From a virus (taxonomy: Duplodnaviria; Caudoviricetes), in the IMG/VR virus record IMGVR_UViG_3300036793_000103, positions 1 to 27,289 of that record: a stretch of 27,289 nucleotides of DNA; one strand, 5' to 3'. The notes under the pieces were generated by a model that saw nothing but the letters and a program-made list of their open reading frames with translations, was not told where the DNA came from and did no database searches. Both the position numbers and the translations under genes were made by a program. Each line of letters opens with the position of its first letter. The stretch's first letter is position 1. Below, in pieces: positions 7,271 to 15,106 of this stretch.

Positions 7271-7593
7271 GCGACGCCAGAAACCCTGAACCTGAGACTC
7301 CAAGGTTCAGGGAAACGGCCGAAGTCCTGAATGACACGCCAGACGAGTCCGAGTACTCCGATGCGGCGTTGGAGAAGCAACGGCAAGCGGACATCCTCTT
7401 GGACGCGGGGGAGCCGATACCGGTGGACCTGATGGTCGGGATCATGGAGCCCCGTCATGGCGGCGGTCTCTGCTCGGTGCATTCGGTCCGACGCGGCCGG
7501 GGCGACGACGATCCGCGCCACGACTACGGCGGCGATTGTCCTGATTGTGTGACTGCCCGTTCGGTTCAGAAGACAGGAGACAGCAAGCCATGA
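7267..7593 (+). CDS. Hypothetical protein with C-terminal CSVH...CPDC module
   Basis: GAAGGA RBS, ATGA overlap; module paralogous to the C-terminus of 4497..5267. Confidence 0.7.
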   Translation: MSDARNPEPETPRFRETAEVLNDTPDESEYSDAALEKQRQADILLDAGEPIPVDLMVGIMEPRHGGGLCSVHSVRRGRGDDDPRHDYGGDCPDCVTARSVQKTGDSKP

Positions 7594-7861
7594 GCGACGA
7601 GGAGTACGGCGAAGGTCAAATCGTTCCCGAGGACATCAACGAAGACGACCTATTCGAGGAGGGCCGATACGGGCCGGGACATTGGAACTACCGTGCTCGC
7701 TGCGCCGATGTGGAACTCGCCCTGGCGGACACCCGGACCCGTATCGAGGAATGGCGGCGCGAAGATGATGCGCATGGTTGGTGGCATGAACGGCCGATGC
7801 TGATCGCGCTGCACAACGAGGTCATCCGGCTGCGCGCCTCCCAGAAGACAGGAGACAGCAA
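7567..7861 (+). repeat. 20-bp exact direct repeat CAGAAGACAGGAGACAGCAA flanking one gene
   Basis: Copies at 7567-7586 and 7842-7861, each containing an AGGAG RBS. Confidence 0.92.
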
Positions 7862-7868
7862 TGGCTGA
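7590..7868 (+). CDS. Hypothetical protein
   Basis: AGGAG RBS within the repeat, ATGA overlap; ends QKTGDSNG while the previous gene ends QKTGDSKP. Confidence 0.75.
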   Translation: MSDEEYGEGQIVPEDINEDDLFEEGRYGPGHWNYRARCADVELALADTRTRIEEWRREDDAHGWWHERPMLIALHNEVIRLRASQKTGDSNG

Positions 7869-8172
7869 CCAGCAGGTAATCACCCTCACATTGCCGAACG
7901 TCGCGAGCAGCGCCGGAATGCACCTACAGGGCGCGTACATCATCGACGGCGTCCGCGGCGAGGTCTCAACCAGCAGCGGGCACTACGTACTCGTCAGCCC
8001 CGAGACCGGCATCTTCGGCAGCGGCTTCGACCTGGCGTCCGCGATCCACGACTTCCGCGCGGCCTTGCACCAGCATCACGACACGCTCAACGCCGTCTCG
8101 GTCGACTCGCTGAGCCGGGACCTTCGCCGGCAACTCGACTTCCTCAACGCCCGGTTGGTCAAGGCGTCGTGA
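7861..8172 (+). CDS. Hypothetical protein with HicB-like N-domain pattern
   Basis: GHYVLVSPETGIFGSGFDLASAIHDFRAAL fits the beta-beta-G.G....A...F..AL HicB-fold pattern. Confidence 0.5.
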   Translation: MADQQVITLTLPNVASSAGMHLQGAYIIDGVRGEVSTSSGHYVLVSPETGIFGSGFDLASAIHDFRAALHQHHDTLNAVSVDSLSRDLRRQLDFLNARLVKAS

Positions 8173-8173
8173 T

Positions 8174-8431
8174 TCACCGTCGTGTTGGCGGTAGTTCGAA
8201 GTCTCCGTCTTCCCCAATGATGGCTAACACCTCCAAACCACGATCAGTGATCGAGGGGAGGTCGCGGGCTGGGGCGTCGATCAGGTCGGCATCGTCCAAT
8301 GCTCGGATGATCCAGTCGACCCGTGCGCCGTCCAAGTTCCAGGCGGGGAGCCATTGCCCTTTCCGCACCCTACCGATGTGTCCGGTTTGGACGGCTCGGA
8401 GGACTTGTCCGGGTGTGGGACGGTCGGGCAT
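8174..8431 (-). CDS. Small winged-helix-like protein, probably SOS-regulated
   Basis: 85 aa; IRALDDADLI...SITDRGLEVL wHTH-type wing; fills the gap between + genes; SOS box and -10 directly upstream. Confidence 0.65.
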   Translation of the reverse strand: MPDRPTPGQVLRAVQTGHIGRVRKGQWLPAWNLDGARVDWIIRALDDADLIDAPARDLPSITDRGLEVLAIIGEDGDFELPPTRR

Positions 8432-8440
8432 GACACACAC

Positions 8441-8460
8441 AGTATCGAACAAGCATTCGA
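8441..8460 (-). promoter_or_regulatory. Actinobacterial LexA (SOS) box overlapping a -10 element
   Basis: TCGAAC-AAGC-ATTCGA (8445-8460) has 1 mismatch to TCGAAC-N4-GTTCGA; minus-strand -10-like GATACT at 8441-8446. Confidence 0.72.
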
Positions 8461-8484
8461 ACCGATAGAGGAAGGAACAGCAGC

Positions 8485-8721
8485 ATGGACGAGCCGCAGT
8501 GCACCACCTGCCGCGACACCGGCACGGTCTGCGAAGCGCACCCGGACAAGCCCTGGGACGCCGCCGGCTGCGACTGCTCCCCCGGCATGCCCTGCCCGGC
8601 CTGCTGCTCCCCCACCGCCCCATTCGTACCCGGCGCCCTGCGCGGCATGACCACCGCCGAGGCCCGCCGGATGCAGGGCTACCAGACCATCGCAACGACG
8701 CAGGATGAGGACGCCACATGA
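8485..8721 (+). CDS. Cys-rich Zn-finger protein
   Basis: GAGGAAGGA RBS; CTTCRDTGTVCEAHPDKPW...CDC..GMPCPAC. Confidence 0.75.
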   Translation: MDEPQCTTCRDTGTVCEAHPDKPWDAAGCDCSPGMPCPACCSPTAPFVPGALRGMTTAEARRMQGYQTIATTQDEDAT

Positions 8722-9689
8722 CCCCACCCCCGTGCACCACGGAAAGCTGCGACGGCTTCTGCCCCGACAACGCCTACCTCTGCGGTCGCTGCGTCCGGAA
8801 GGTCGAGCGCTACCTCGGCGACCTGCCGGCGCTGCTCGCCGAGCTCGAGATCACCGCGACCCGCCGGGCCCGCATCAGCGAACGAGCCGGCCCGCGGTCG
8901 AAGAAGGCGGAGGTCTACTGGCGCGGCTCCGGATCGCTCGGGGACGGCACCGACGATCTAGCGACCAGCCTCGAAGCGTTCACCCGCTCGCCGTTCAACT
9001 GGAAAGCCTCGGACGACCTGTACGCCGCCCGCAACACCCTGACCTCGTGGGTCCGGATCATGGAAGAGGAGTCGGGCCGGCAATGCACCGTCCTCGGCCC
9101 CGTCCCGCTCGGTCCCTGCTGCTGGAAATGCAAGCACAAGTCGTGCTGGACGATCAGGGCCCACGACCACCTCGACGAGGCCGCGATGTGCCTGTGGCTG
9201 ATCCGGCAGCTGGAATGGTTCCGGCAGCGCCGGGATGCCACCGAGTTCTACGACGAGATCCACCACCTCTATCGATTCGTGCTGCGCGTGATCGACCGGC
9301 CCGACCCGCTCCTCTTCGCAGGCGCGTGCGACTACTGCACCCATCCCGGACCTGACGGGGAAGCGCTGAAAGTCAACCTGTATGCGCGACTCGGCGCCGA
9401 GAAGGTGGCCTGCCGCGAGTGTGGGGTGGAGTACGACGTGGCGCTGCGTCGGGGCGACATGCTCGCCGACGCCGAGGGCATGCTGTTCAACGCCGCCTCG
9501 ATCGCGCTGGCCGTGGCGATGTTCGGCGCGGACCTGAAGGTGGAGCGGATCCGGAAGTGGGCGTCACGCGGCAGCATCGTCGCGCACGGTGTGGACCATC
9601 AAGGCCGACCGACGTATCGGCTCGGTGACATCCTGGACAAGCTGGCCGGTGACGCTGTGCGGCGAGCAGAGAAGGAGAGCGTGGCGTGA
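8718..9689 (+). CDS. Zn-ribbon plus C-terminal HTH protein; putative late-gene transcriptional regulator
   Basis: Several CxxC pairs, GAC..C...LYA.....VAC.EC ribbon, MerR-like IRKWASRG...YRLGDI; last large gene before the packaging operon. Confidence 0.65.
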   Translation: MTPPPCTTESCDGFCPDNAYLCGRCVRKVERYLGDLPALLAELEITATRRARISERAGPRSKKAEVYWRGSGSLGDGTDDLATSLEAFTRSPFNWKASDDLYAARNTLTSWVRIMEEESGRQCTVLGPVPLGPCCWKCKHKSCWTIRAHDHLDEAAMCLWLIRQLEWFRQRRDATEFYDEIHHLYRFVLRVIDRPDPLLFAGACDYCTHPGPDGEALKVNLYARLGAEKVACRECGVEYDVALRRGDMLADAEGMLFNAASIALAVAMFGADLKVERIRKWASRGSIVAHGVDHQGRPTYRLGDILDKLAGDAVRRAEKESVA

Positions 9690-9904
9690 TCGGTATCGAG
9701 CGGACCATAGCGGTGAAGGCAGAGGCCAAGTCGATGACGTTGACCGAACTGGCCCGCTTCGTCAGCGAATGCATGCGGCAGAACATCGCCGCCGACGCCA
9801 TCCCGACCGCCCGGGTGAACTTCGGGGGCGGAATCAAATCGATCGCCGTCCGAGGTGAGTCGGTCTTCCCGGCCGACTCAGATCTGGACGGAAGGGACCT
9901 CTGA
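9686..9904 (+). CDS. Hypothetical protein
   Basis: AAGGAG RBS, GTGA overlap; MTLTELARFV motif. Confidence 0.7.
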   Translation: MIGIERTIAVKAEAKSMTLTELARFVSECMRQNIAADAIPTARVNFGGGIKSIAVRGESVFPADSDLDGRDL

Positions 9905-9920
9905 CCATCGGCGTGTCCCG

Positions 9921-9949
9921 TTGACCTAGACCGACCTGTCTGTCACGGT
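9921..9949 (+). promoter_or_regulatory. Candidate late promoter TTGACC-N17-CACGGT (with TG extension)
   Basis: Correct spacing in the longest intergenic gap, before the packaging genes; weak -10. Confidence 0.35.
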
Positions 9950-9992
9950 GGTATTACATAGCCTGACCGTACTGTCCCAATACCGCATGAGC

Positions 9993-10027
9993 AGCCCGCG
10001 CCGATTCGACCCCGGCGCGGGCTTTGC
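9993..10027 (+). terminator. Intrinsic terminator-like hairpin
   Basis: AGCCCGCGCCG (9993-10003) / CGGCGCGGGCT (10013-10023) 11-bp perfect stem, 9-nt loop, short T run. Confidence 0.7.
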
Positions 10028-10171
10028 TATGTCCGGGGCCGATCCGCGCGCGACAAGCGAGCGCAGCACACCGTTTCAGGCCCGACCATCGCTCGCCGGC
10101 ACCGGTCGTGGGCCAAGCAGAACGCGGATGGACGGACGCTCCGCCCCGCCATAAACCCAACCGGAGGCGCC

Positions 10172-10570
10172 ATGAACTGCGACGACTGCGGCTGGCCGTT
10201 CGCTGACTTCCCCGGCTGGGGTCACGAACACCATCACGAAATCGCCCAACTCAAGAAACAGATGGAGAAGCTCATGTCCCAGCAGGACGAGATCAACGCC
10301 GACGTCACGGCGCTGCAGTCGGCAACCGCCACGCTGCAGGCGGCCGACACCAACATCCAGGCCGAGATCACCGCCCTCCAGGCGGCGAACCCGGGCCTCG
10401 ACCTGTCCGGCCTGACCAGTGCGGTCAGCGGCGTCAGCGATGCGGCCACCCAGCTGTCCGGCCTCGCGCCGGCCCCCGCCAGCCCCCCGGCCGACGGCAG
10501 CGGCGCCGGTTCCGCCCCGGTCGACTCCGGTGACGGATCAGCCGACGCGGGCAGCACCCCGTCCGCCTGA
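10172..10570 (+). CDS. Coiled-coil hypothetical protein with Pro/Ala/Ser-rich tail
   Basis: GGAGG RBS; heptad region QDEINADVTALQSA...; alternative start at 10274. Confidence 0.75.
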   Translation: MNCDDCGWPFADFPGWGHEHHHEIAQLKKQMEKLMSQQDEINADVTALQSATATLQAADTNIQAEITALQAANPGLDLSGLTSAVSGVSDAATQLSGLAPAPASPPADGSGAGSAPVDSGDGSADAGSTPSA

Positions 10571-10636
10571 CCCACCCAGAACGTCCCCACGATCAGCGTG
10601 GGGCTTTGCCCGTGACGGGCAGCAAGGAGGGCGTTG

Positions 10637-10942
10637 ATGCCCAGAGAACAGATCAACTACCCCGGCGCCGAGATGGAGATGGACCCCGGAACCCCCGGAT
10701 CATCCAAGGTCATCAAGGTGGCCGACCCGGCACTGCACGTGAGCTGGCATCAAGCACCAGCCGGCCACGTCCAAGTCGCGTTCGAGGCCGACCCGTCGTA
10801 TCTCAAGATCGCGCTTGAGTCACCGAACGAGGACAACGGGCGCACGTCGATGTACTCGCCGGTTCTGGAGCGGGTCGAGATCAACAAATTGATCCGCGCC
10901 CTACGTCGTGCTCGCGATCAGGCGTACGGCAGGGACGAGTAG
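10637..10942 (+). CDS. Hypothetical protein
   Basis: AAGGAGG RBS; EINKLIRALRRARDQAYG.DE C-terminal motif. Confidence 0.78.
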   Translation: MPREQINYPGAEMEMDPGTPGSSKVIKVADPALHVSWHQAPAGHVQVAFEADPSYLKIALESPNEDNGRTSMYSPVLERVEINKLIRALRRARDQAYGRDE

Positions 10943-11020
10943 TTCCACGGCCAGTGCGGTTCCGCGATGCAGCGGCCCGCACTGGCCAACCCCGATCCAT
11001 CCCAAGAGAGGAACCCCGTC

Positions 11021-11116
11021 ATGGCTCACATCCCCACCTTCGTCTGGGTCCTCGCCGGCATCGCGCTGTTCCTCGTGATCCTGCTGCTGCTCGGCCTGCA
11101 CGTCCACGTCGGATGA
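11021..11116 (+). CDS. 31-aa single-TM membrane peptide
   Basis: GAGAGGA RBS; MAHIPTFVWVLAGIALFLVILLLLGLHVHVG; ATGA overlap with terS; not in ORF track. Confidence 0.7.
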   Translation: MAHIPTFVWVLAGIALFLVILLLLGLHVHVG

Positions 11117-11640
11117 CGGTCGAATCGGCGGAAATCCCGGGCCGCGGAAAAGACGGCAGGTACGCCCGGACCGAGGAGACCGCCGAACGGGACGCCTACG
11201 CCGCGCACCTGAGATCGCGCGGCAAGTCGTACCCGAACATCGCCCGGGAGATGGGCTACGCCAATGCCGGCGGGGCCTACAAGGCGGTGCAGCGGGCGCT
11301 GAAAGCCATCGTCGCCGAGCCGGCTGCTGAGCTGCGGACCATCGAGCTGGTGCGCCTCGACGGAATGTGGGAAGCGGCGCAGGCCGTGCTGGAAGGTCAG
11401 CACTTCGTCGTGTCGCAGGGCCGGCTGATCCGCATCGGTGGCGAGCCGATGATCGACGACGGCCCGGTGCTCGCCGCATTGGATCGGCTGCTGAAGATCC
11501 AGGAGCGGCGCGCGAAGCTCCTCGGCCTGGACGCGCCGACGAAGACGACGGTCACGGTCACGGACGAGCTCGACGCGGAGATCCGCAACCTCGTCAGCCA
11601 ACTGAAGCCCGCAGATGAGCGCCGAACAGCTGCTCCCTGA
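11113..11640 (+). CDS. terS: Terminase small subunit (HTH type)
   Basis: LRSRGKSYPNIAREMGY HTH, IQERRAKLLGLDAP motif; directly upstream of terL. Confidence 0.82.
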   Translation: MTVESAEIPGRGKDGRYARTEETAERDAYAAHLRSRGKSYPNIAREMGYANAGGAYKAVQRALKAIVAEPAAELRTIELVRLDGMWEAAQAVLEGQHFVVSQGRLIRIGGEPMIDDGPVLAALDRLLKIQERRAKLLGLDAPTKTTVTVTDELDAEIRNLVSQLKPADERRTAAP

Positions 11641-13102
11641 GGGCTGGGAGGCATGGCCGGACGCCGCGAAGCTGAAGCTGCGGGACGAGCTGAAGGCGCT
11701 GCGGGTCCAGGCGGACGTGTTCGGTGCGCTCGGGTACGAGCCGACCGCGCGGCAGCAGGCGTTCCATGCGGCCACCGAGTACGACGTGCTGTACGGCGGG
11801 GCGGCCGGCGGCGGCAAGACGCGGGCCCTGCTGATGGACGACATCCGTGATGCCCTGACGTATCCGGGGATCAGGATCGGCGCGTTCCGGCGGACGTACG
11901 GTGAGCTGGACGAGTCGCTGCTGGCCGAGCTCGCGCAGATCTCGTACGCCGTCGAGGTCGGGGCGCGGTGGAACTCGGCCAAGCATGAGCTGTCGTTCCC
12001 GAACGGGTCGCTGATCATGTACCGCTACGCCGAGTCGGTGCAGGACGCGACCCGCCGGCAGGGCGGCCAGTATCAGAAGCTCACCTTCGACGAGCTGACG
12101 CTGACCCCACCGGACGTCGTGGCGTTCCTGAAGTCCCGCATCCGGTCCGGGCGCCGCGACATTCCCGTCCTCGGGGTCCGGTCCGGATCGAACCCGGGCG
12201 GTGTCGGGCACGGCGACGTGAAGAAGCGCTACATCGACGCGACCGACTACGGGCAGAACGTAATCGTCGACAAGCGCAAGCGGACCGTCCGGTTCATCCC
12301 CAGCAAGCTGCACGACAACCCGCACCTGAATCCCGAGTACATCGACGACCTGAACGAGCTGCCTGAGGAGATGCGCCGGGCGTTCGTCGAGGGCAACTGG
12401 GACGTTTTCGCCGGCCAGTTCTTCGCCGAGTTCGACCGTGACCTGCACGCCGTCGACCCGTTCCCCATCCCGCCGGAGTGGAAGCGGTACGCCGGCATCG
12501 ACTACGGCTACGCCGCGCCCTACTGCACGCTGTGGGGCGCGGCCGACCGGGACGGCCGGATCTGGGTGTACCGCGAGCTGTACGAGAAGGGCGTCGTCGA
12601 AGCCGATCAGGCCGCGCAGATCAAGGCGGCCGAGGCCGGCGACACAGCCACATCACGCCGCTTCGCCGACCCGGCCATGTGGGCGAAGACGGGCAGCGCT
12701 CCGTCGCCCGCGCAGGCGTACGAAGCCGGCGGTGTGTCGATCGAGAAGGCGGTCAACGACCGGGCACCCGGCTGGTCGCGGCTCCGCGGCTACCTCGCGC
12801 CCGGGCCGGCGTGCGGCCTGCACCGCGAGCAGGGGTACGAGGAGTGCCCGAAGCTGCACATCACGACCGCCTGCCTGAACCTGCTCCGCACCCTGCCGAC
12901 GATGCCGTTCGACCGGAAGCAGCCCGAAGACCTCGACACTCACGCCGAGGACCACGCCGTCGACTCCCTGCGCTACCTGATCATGGGCGCGTCTGGCGCA
13001 TCCCGGCCGGCGAAGGTGTCCGTCGCTGTCGGTCAGATCCCCGGCGTCGGCAACCGCAGCCGCATGTCCAGCCCATCCCGCATCCGCATGGGAAGACGGT
13101 GA
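11615..13102 (+). CDS. terL: Terminase large subunit
   Basis: Walker A YGGAAGGGKT, Walker B FDELT, SNPGG coupling motif, nuclease GIDYG and DHAVDSLRY. Confidence 0.96.
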   Translation: MSAEQLLPEGWEAWPDAAKLKLRDELKALRVQADVFGALGYEPTARQQAFHAATEYDVLYGGAAGGGKTRALLMDDIRDALTYPGIRIGAFRRTYGELDESLLAELAQISYAVEVGARWNSAKHELSFPNGSLIMYRYAESVQDATRRQGGQYQKLTFDELTLTPPDVVAFLKSRIRSGRRDIPVLGVRSGSNPGGVGHGDVKKRYIDATDYGQNVIVDKRKRTVRFIPSKLHDNPHLNPEYIDDLNELPEEMRRAFVEGNWDVFAGQFFAEFDRDLHAVDPFPIPPEWKRYAGIDYGYAAPYCTLWGAADRDGRIWVYRELYEKGVVEADQAAQIKAAEAGDTATSRRFADPAMWAKTGSAPSPAQAYEAGGVSIEKAVNDRAPGWSRLRGYLAPGPACGLHREQGYEECPKLHITTACLNLLRTLPTMPFDRKQPEDLDTHAEDHAVDSLRYLIMGASGASRPAKVSVAVGQIPGVGNRSRMSSPSRIRMGRR

Positions 13103-13545
13103 CCCCCGTGATGCTCAACCGGACCCGAGCCGTGCGGGCCATCGTCCGTGAATGGGCGTGGCCCGGATGGCTGATCGGAATCGTCTACATGGCGATCGGC
13201 ATCACCCTGGTGCTGCAGCCCGACCGCTACTACAACACCCCGTCGTACGGGATTCTGCTGCAGGTCATGGCAGTGCGGACCTGGGGCGTGCTCTACATCG
13301 TCGCCGCGTTGAGCCTGCTCGGCTACGCCGCCCGGTTCCACGGCGCCGCCTACGCCTCGTTCGCGCACGTCATCGCCTCCGCCCTCACCCTGTTCTGGCT
13401 GGCCGCGTTCGTCATCCGGTACACCACCGACCCGGGCACCACGATCGTGAACGTGGCGTCCTGGACGACCTACCTGGCCGTCATCTTCCGATCCGCGTTC
13501 CTGATCGACGGCAGCCGGAACGTCCGGGTCGGAGATGTGGAATGA
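13099..13545 (+). CDS. 4-TM membrane protein
   Basis: GTGA overlap with the terL stop; four hydrophobic segments. Confidence 0.75.
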   Translation: MTPVMLNRTRAVRAIVREWAWPGWLIGIVYMAIGITLVLQPDRYYNTPSYGILLQVMAVRTWGVLYIVAALSLLGYAARFHGAAYASFAHVIASALTLFWLAAFVIRYTTDPGTTIVNVASWTTYLAVIFRSAFLIDGSRNVRVGDVE

Positions 13546-13898
13546 GCCAGACAACCCTCACCGCGGTCCTGGGCATTCTGGTCGCCCTGTTTGGTGGCGT
13601 CACAGTTCCGCTCTGGCTCGCCCGACGATCGGATAGGGCGTCAGCGATGGCCGCATCCAAGGCTGCGGCCAATGTGACGATGAACGACCTGAACAACGCC
13701 CTGGCGAAGCAGAACACCAGCCTGGAAGCGAAGCTCCGGGACCAGCAGGCCGAGCACGAGCGGCAGATGGCCACCCTGCGCGCCAAGTACGACGCCGACC
13801 TGGGGCAGGCCAACGGCCGCATACGAGAGTTGGAACGAACGGTCATCGACCTACAGGCCGATGCGCTGCGGTACCGCTCCCGGCCCGACGCGACCTGA
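13542..13898 (+). CDS. N-terminal TM plus coiled-coil protein
   Basis: GGAG RBS, ATGA overlap; TM LTAVLGILVALFGGVTVPLWL followed by heptads. Confidence 0.75.
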   Translation: MSQTTLTAVLGILVALFGGVTVPLWLARRSDRASAMAASKAAANVTMNDLNNALAKQNTSLEAKLRDQQAEHERQMATLRAKYDADLGQANGRIRELERTVIDLQADALRYRSRPDAT

Positions 13899-14290
13899 TG
13901 GGTAAGAGCGGGCTGACCGCCGTATCGGTGATCTTCCTGATCATCTCCCTGGCCAGCTTCACCATCCAACTGCTGGCGCTGGCGAAGCTGTACTACTGGC
14001 CGTCCAGTTCGGATATCCACAAGGGACTGTTGCGGACCTCGATCTGCCGGTTCGCCGCCGCGGTCCTATATGTGGGGCTGGCAGTGACGACGCTCGCCAG
14101 CGTCGCCTCGGAGCGCGACCTGACCGTCATGACGCTGGCCGGGTATTGCCTGGTGCAGCTGATGTGGCAGGCGAACGCGGTCGCTGACGTGCGGCTCCGG
14201 AGCCGGCTCGCACGGTCCGGCGGCGACAAGCCGCGCAACGGACGCCACCTATCCCCCGTCGAACCCGCCGACGAAAGCGATCCCGCATGA
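13898..14290 (+). CDS. 3-TM membrane protein
   Basis: TGATG overlap; three hydrophobic segments. Confidence 0.7.
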   Translation: MGKSGLTAVSVIFLIISLASFTIQLLALAKLYYWPSSSDIHKGLLRTSICRFAAAVLYVGLAVTTLASVASERDLTVMTLAGYCLVQLMWQANAVADVRLRSRLARSGGDKPRNGRHLSPVEPADESDPA

Positions 14291-14511
14291 CACTTGCCGC
14301 AATCGCAATCGCAATATCCGCAGCAGCGACGGCGATGAACGCCTACAGCGTCCTCATCGTGCGCCGCTCGCTCCGATCGATCGAGGCGTCCAACGCCAAG
14401 ATCAAGGCCTCGAATGATCGGATCCAAGCCTATCGGGCCCGCTACACATCTCCATCAGAGGACCGGCCGTACAACCTTGGCGACTGGCCCGTCCTGGGCG
14501 GCCGGCGATGA
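14287..14511 (+). CDS. Small single-TM protein
   Basis: ATGA overlap; hydrophobic N-terminus and short coiled coil. Confidence 0.6.
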   Translation: MTLAAIAIAISAAATAMNAYSVLIVRRSLRSIEASNAKIKASNDRIQAYRARYTSPSEDRPYNLGDWPVLGGRR

Positions 14512-14825
14512 CCGCCGCAACCTGGGACCTGTTCCCCGCCGACGTGACCCTGCCCGACGGCCAGAAGCTCAACGGTGTCCGCGTGATCCTCACCGACCAG
14601 GGCATGGCGATGGTGTACGACACCCTCGGCCAGCAGGTCACCCAAGCGTTCGCATCGGCCGTGCACGGTGCGCCGTCGCTGAAGTCGCCCTACGCGCCGC
14701 GGTACGACTCCGAGTCGTCCATCCCGACGGTGAACGGCGTGCTGACGGTGACCCGCGGCGCCGGCTGCGGGTGTGGCTCGGTGCTGAAATCGGCCAACCT
14801 CGCCACCTTGGGCGTGTCCGCATGA
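14508..14825 (+). CDS. Hypothetical protein (GCGCGS motif)
   Basis: ATGA overlaps at both ends; high GC3. Confidence 0.75.
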   Translation: MTAATWDLFPADVTLPDGQKLNGVRVILTDQGMAMVYDTLGQQVTQAFASAVHGAPSLKSPYAPRYDSESSIPTVNGVLTVTRGAGCGCGSVLKSANLATLGVSA

Positions 14826-15106
14826 CCCTCTGGCTGTGGCTGCTGGTCGATGCCCTCGCCGTCTACCGCCTCGCGCGCCTCGTCACGACCGACACCATCC
14901 TGACCCGACCCCGGGACTACGTGACGACCCGCTGGCCCGTCAAGCCGGGCCGCCCGTCCGAGCTCGTGGTCTGTCCCTGGTGCTGTTCGGTTTACATCGG
15001 GGTCGCCGCGTATGCGCTGACCCGGTACGTGCCGTCGGTGTGGATCTGGGCCGCTGTGCCGCTGGCGTTCAGTGCAGTCGCCGGCTATCTGAGCGAGCGC
15101 GCGTGA
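14822..15106 (+). CDS. DUF1360 membrane protein
   Basis: LAVYRLARLVTTDTI...R...ELVVCPWC.SVY signature. Confidence 0.85.
   Translation: MTLWLWLLVDALAVYRLARLVTTDTILTRPRDYVTTRWPVKPGRPSELVVCPWCCSVYIGVAAYALTRYVPSVWIWAAVPLAFSAVAGYLSERA

Noticed and set aside
5139-7563. Duplicated module read as a DGR template/variable repeat pair
   Set aside because: Differences are not adenine-specific, both copies are in-frame coding with an indel, and no reverse transcriptase is in the window
9905-10171. tRNA or ribozyme in the long intergenic gap
   Set aside because: ATTCGACCC resembles a T-loop but there is no cloverleaf or acceptor stem; no hammerhead or HDV core recognised
14299-14315. Short (GCAATC)n tandem repeat
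   Set aside because: Fewer than three full units encoding AIAIAI in a TM helix; no sign of function
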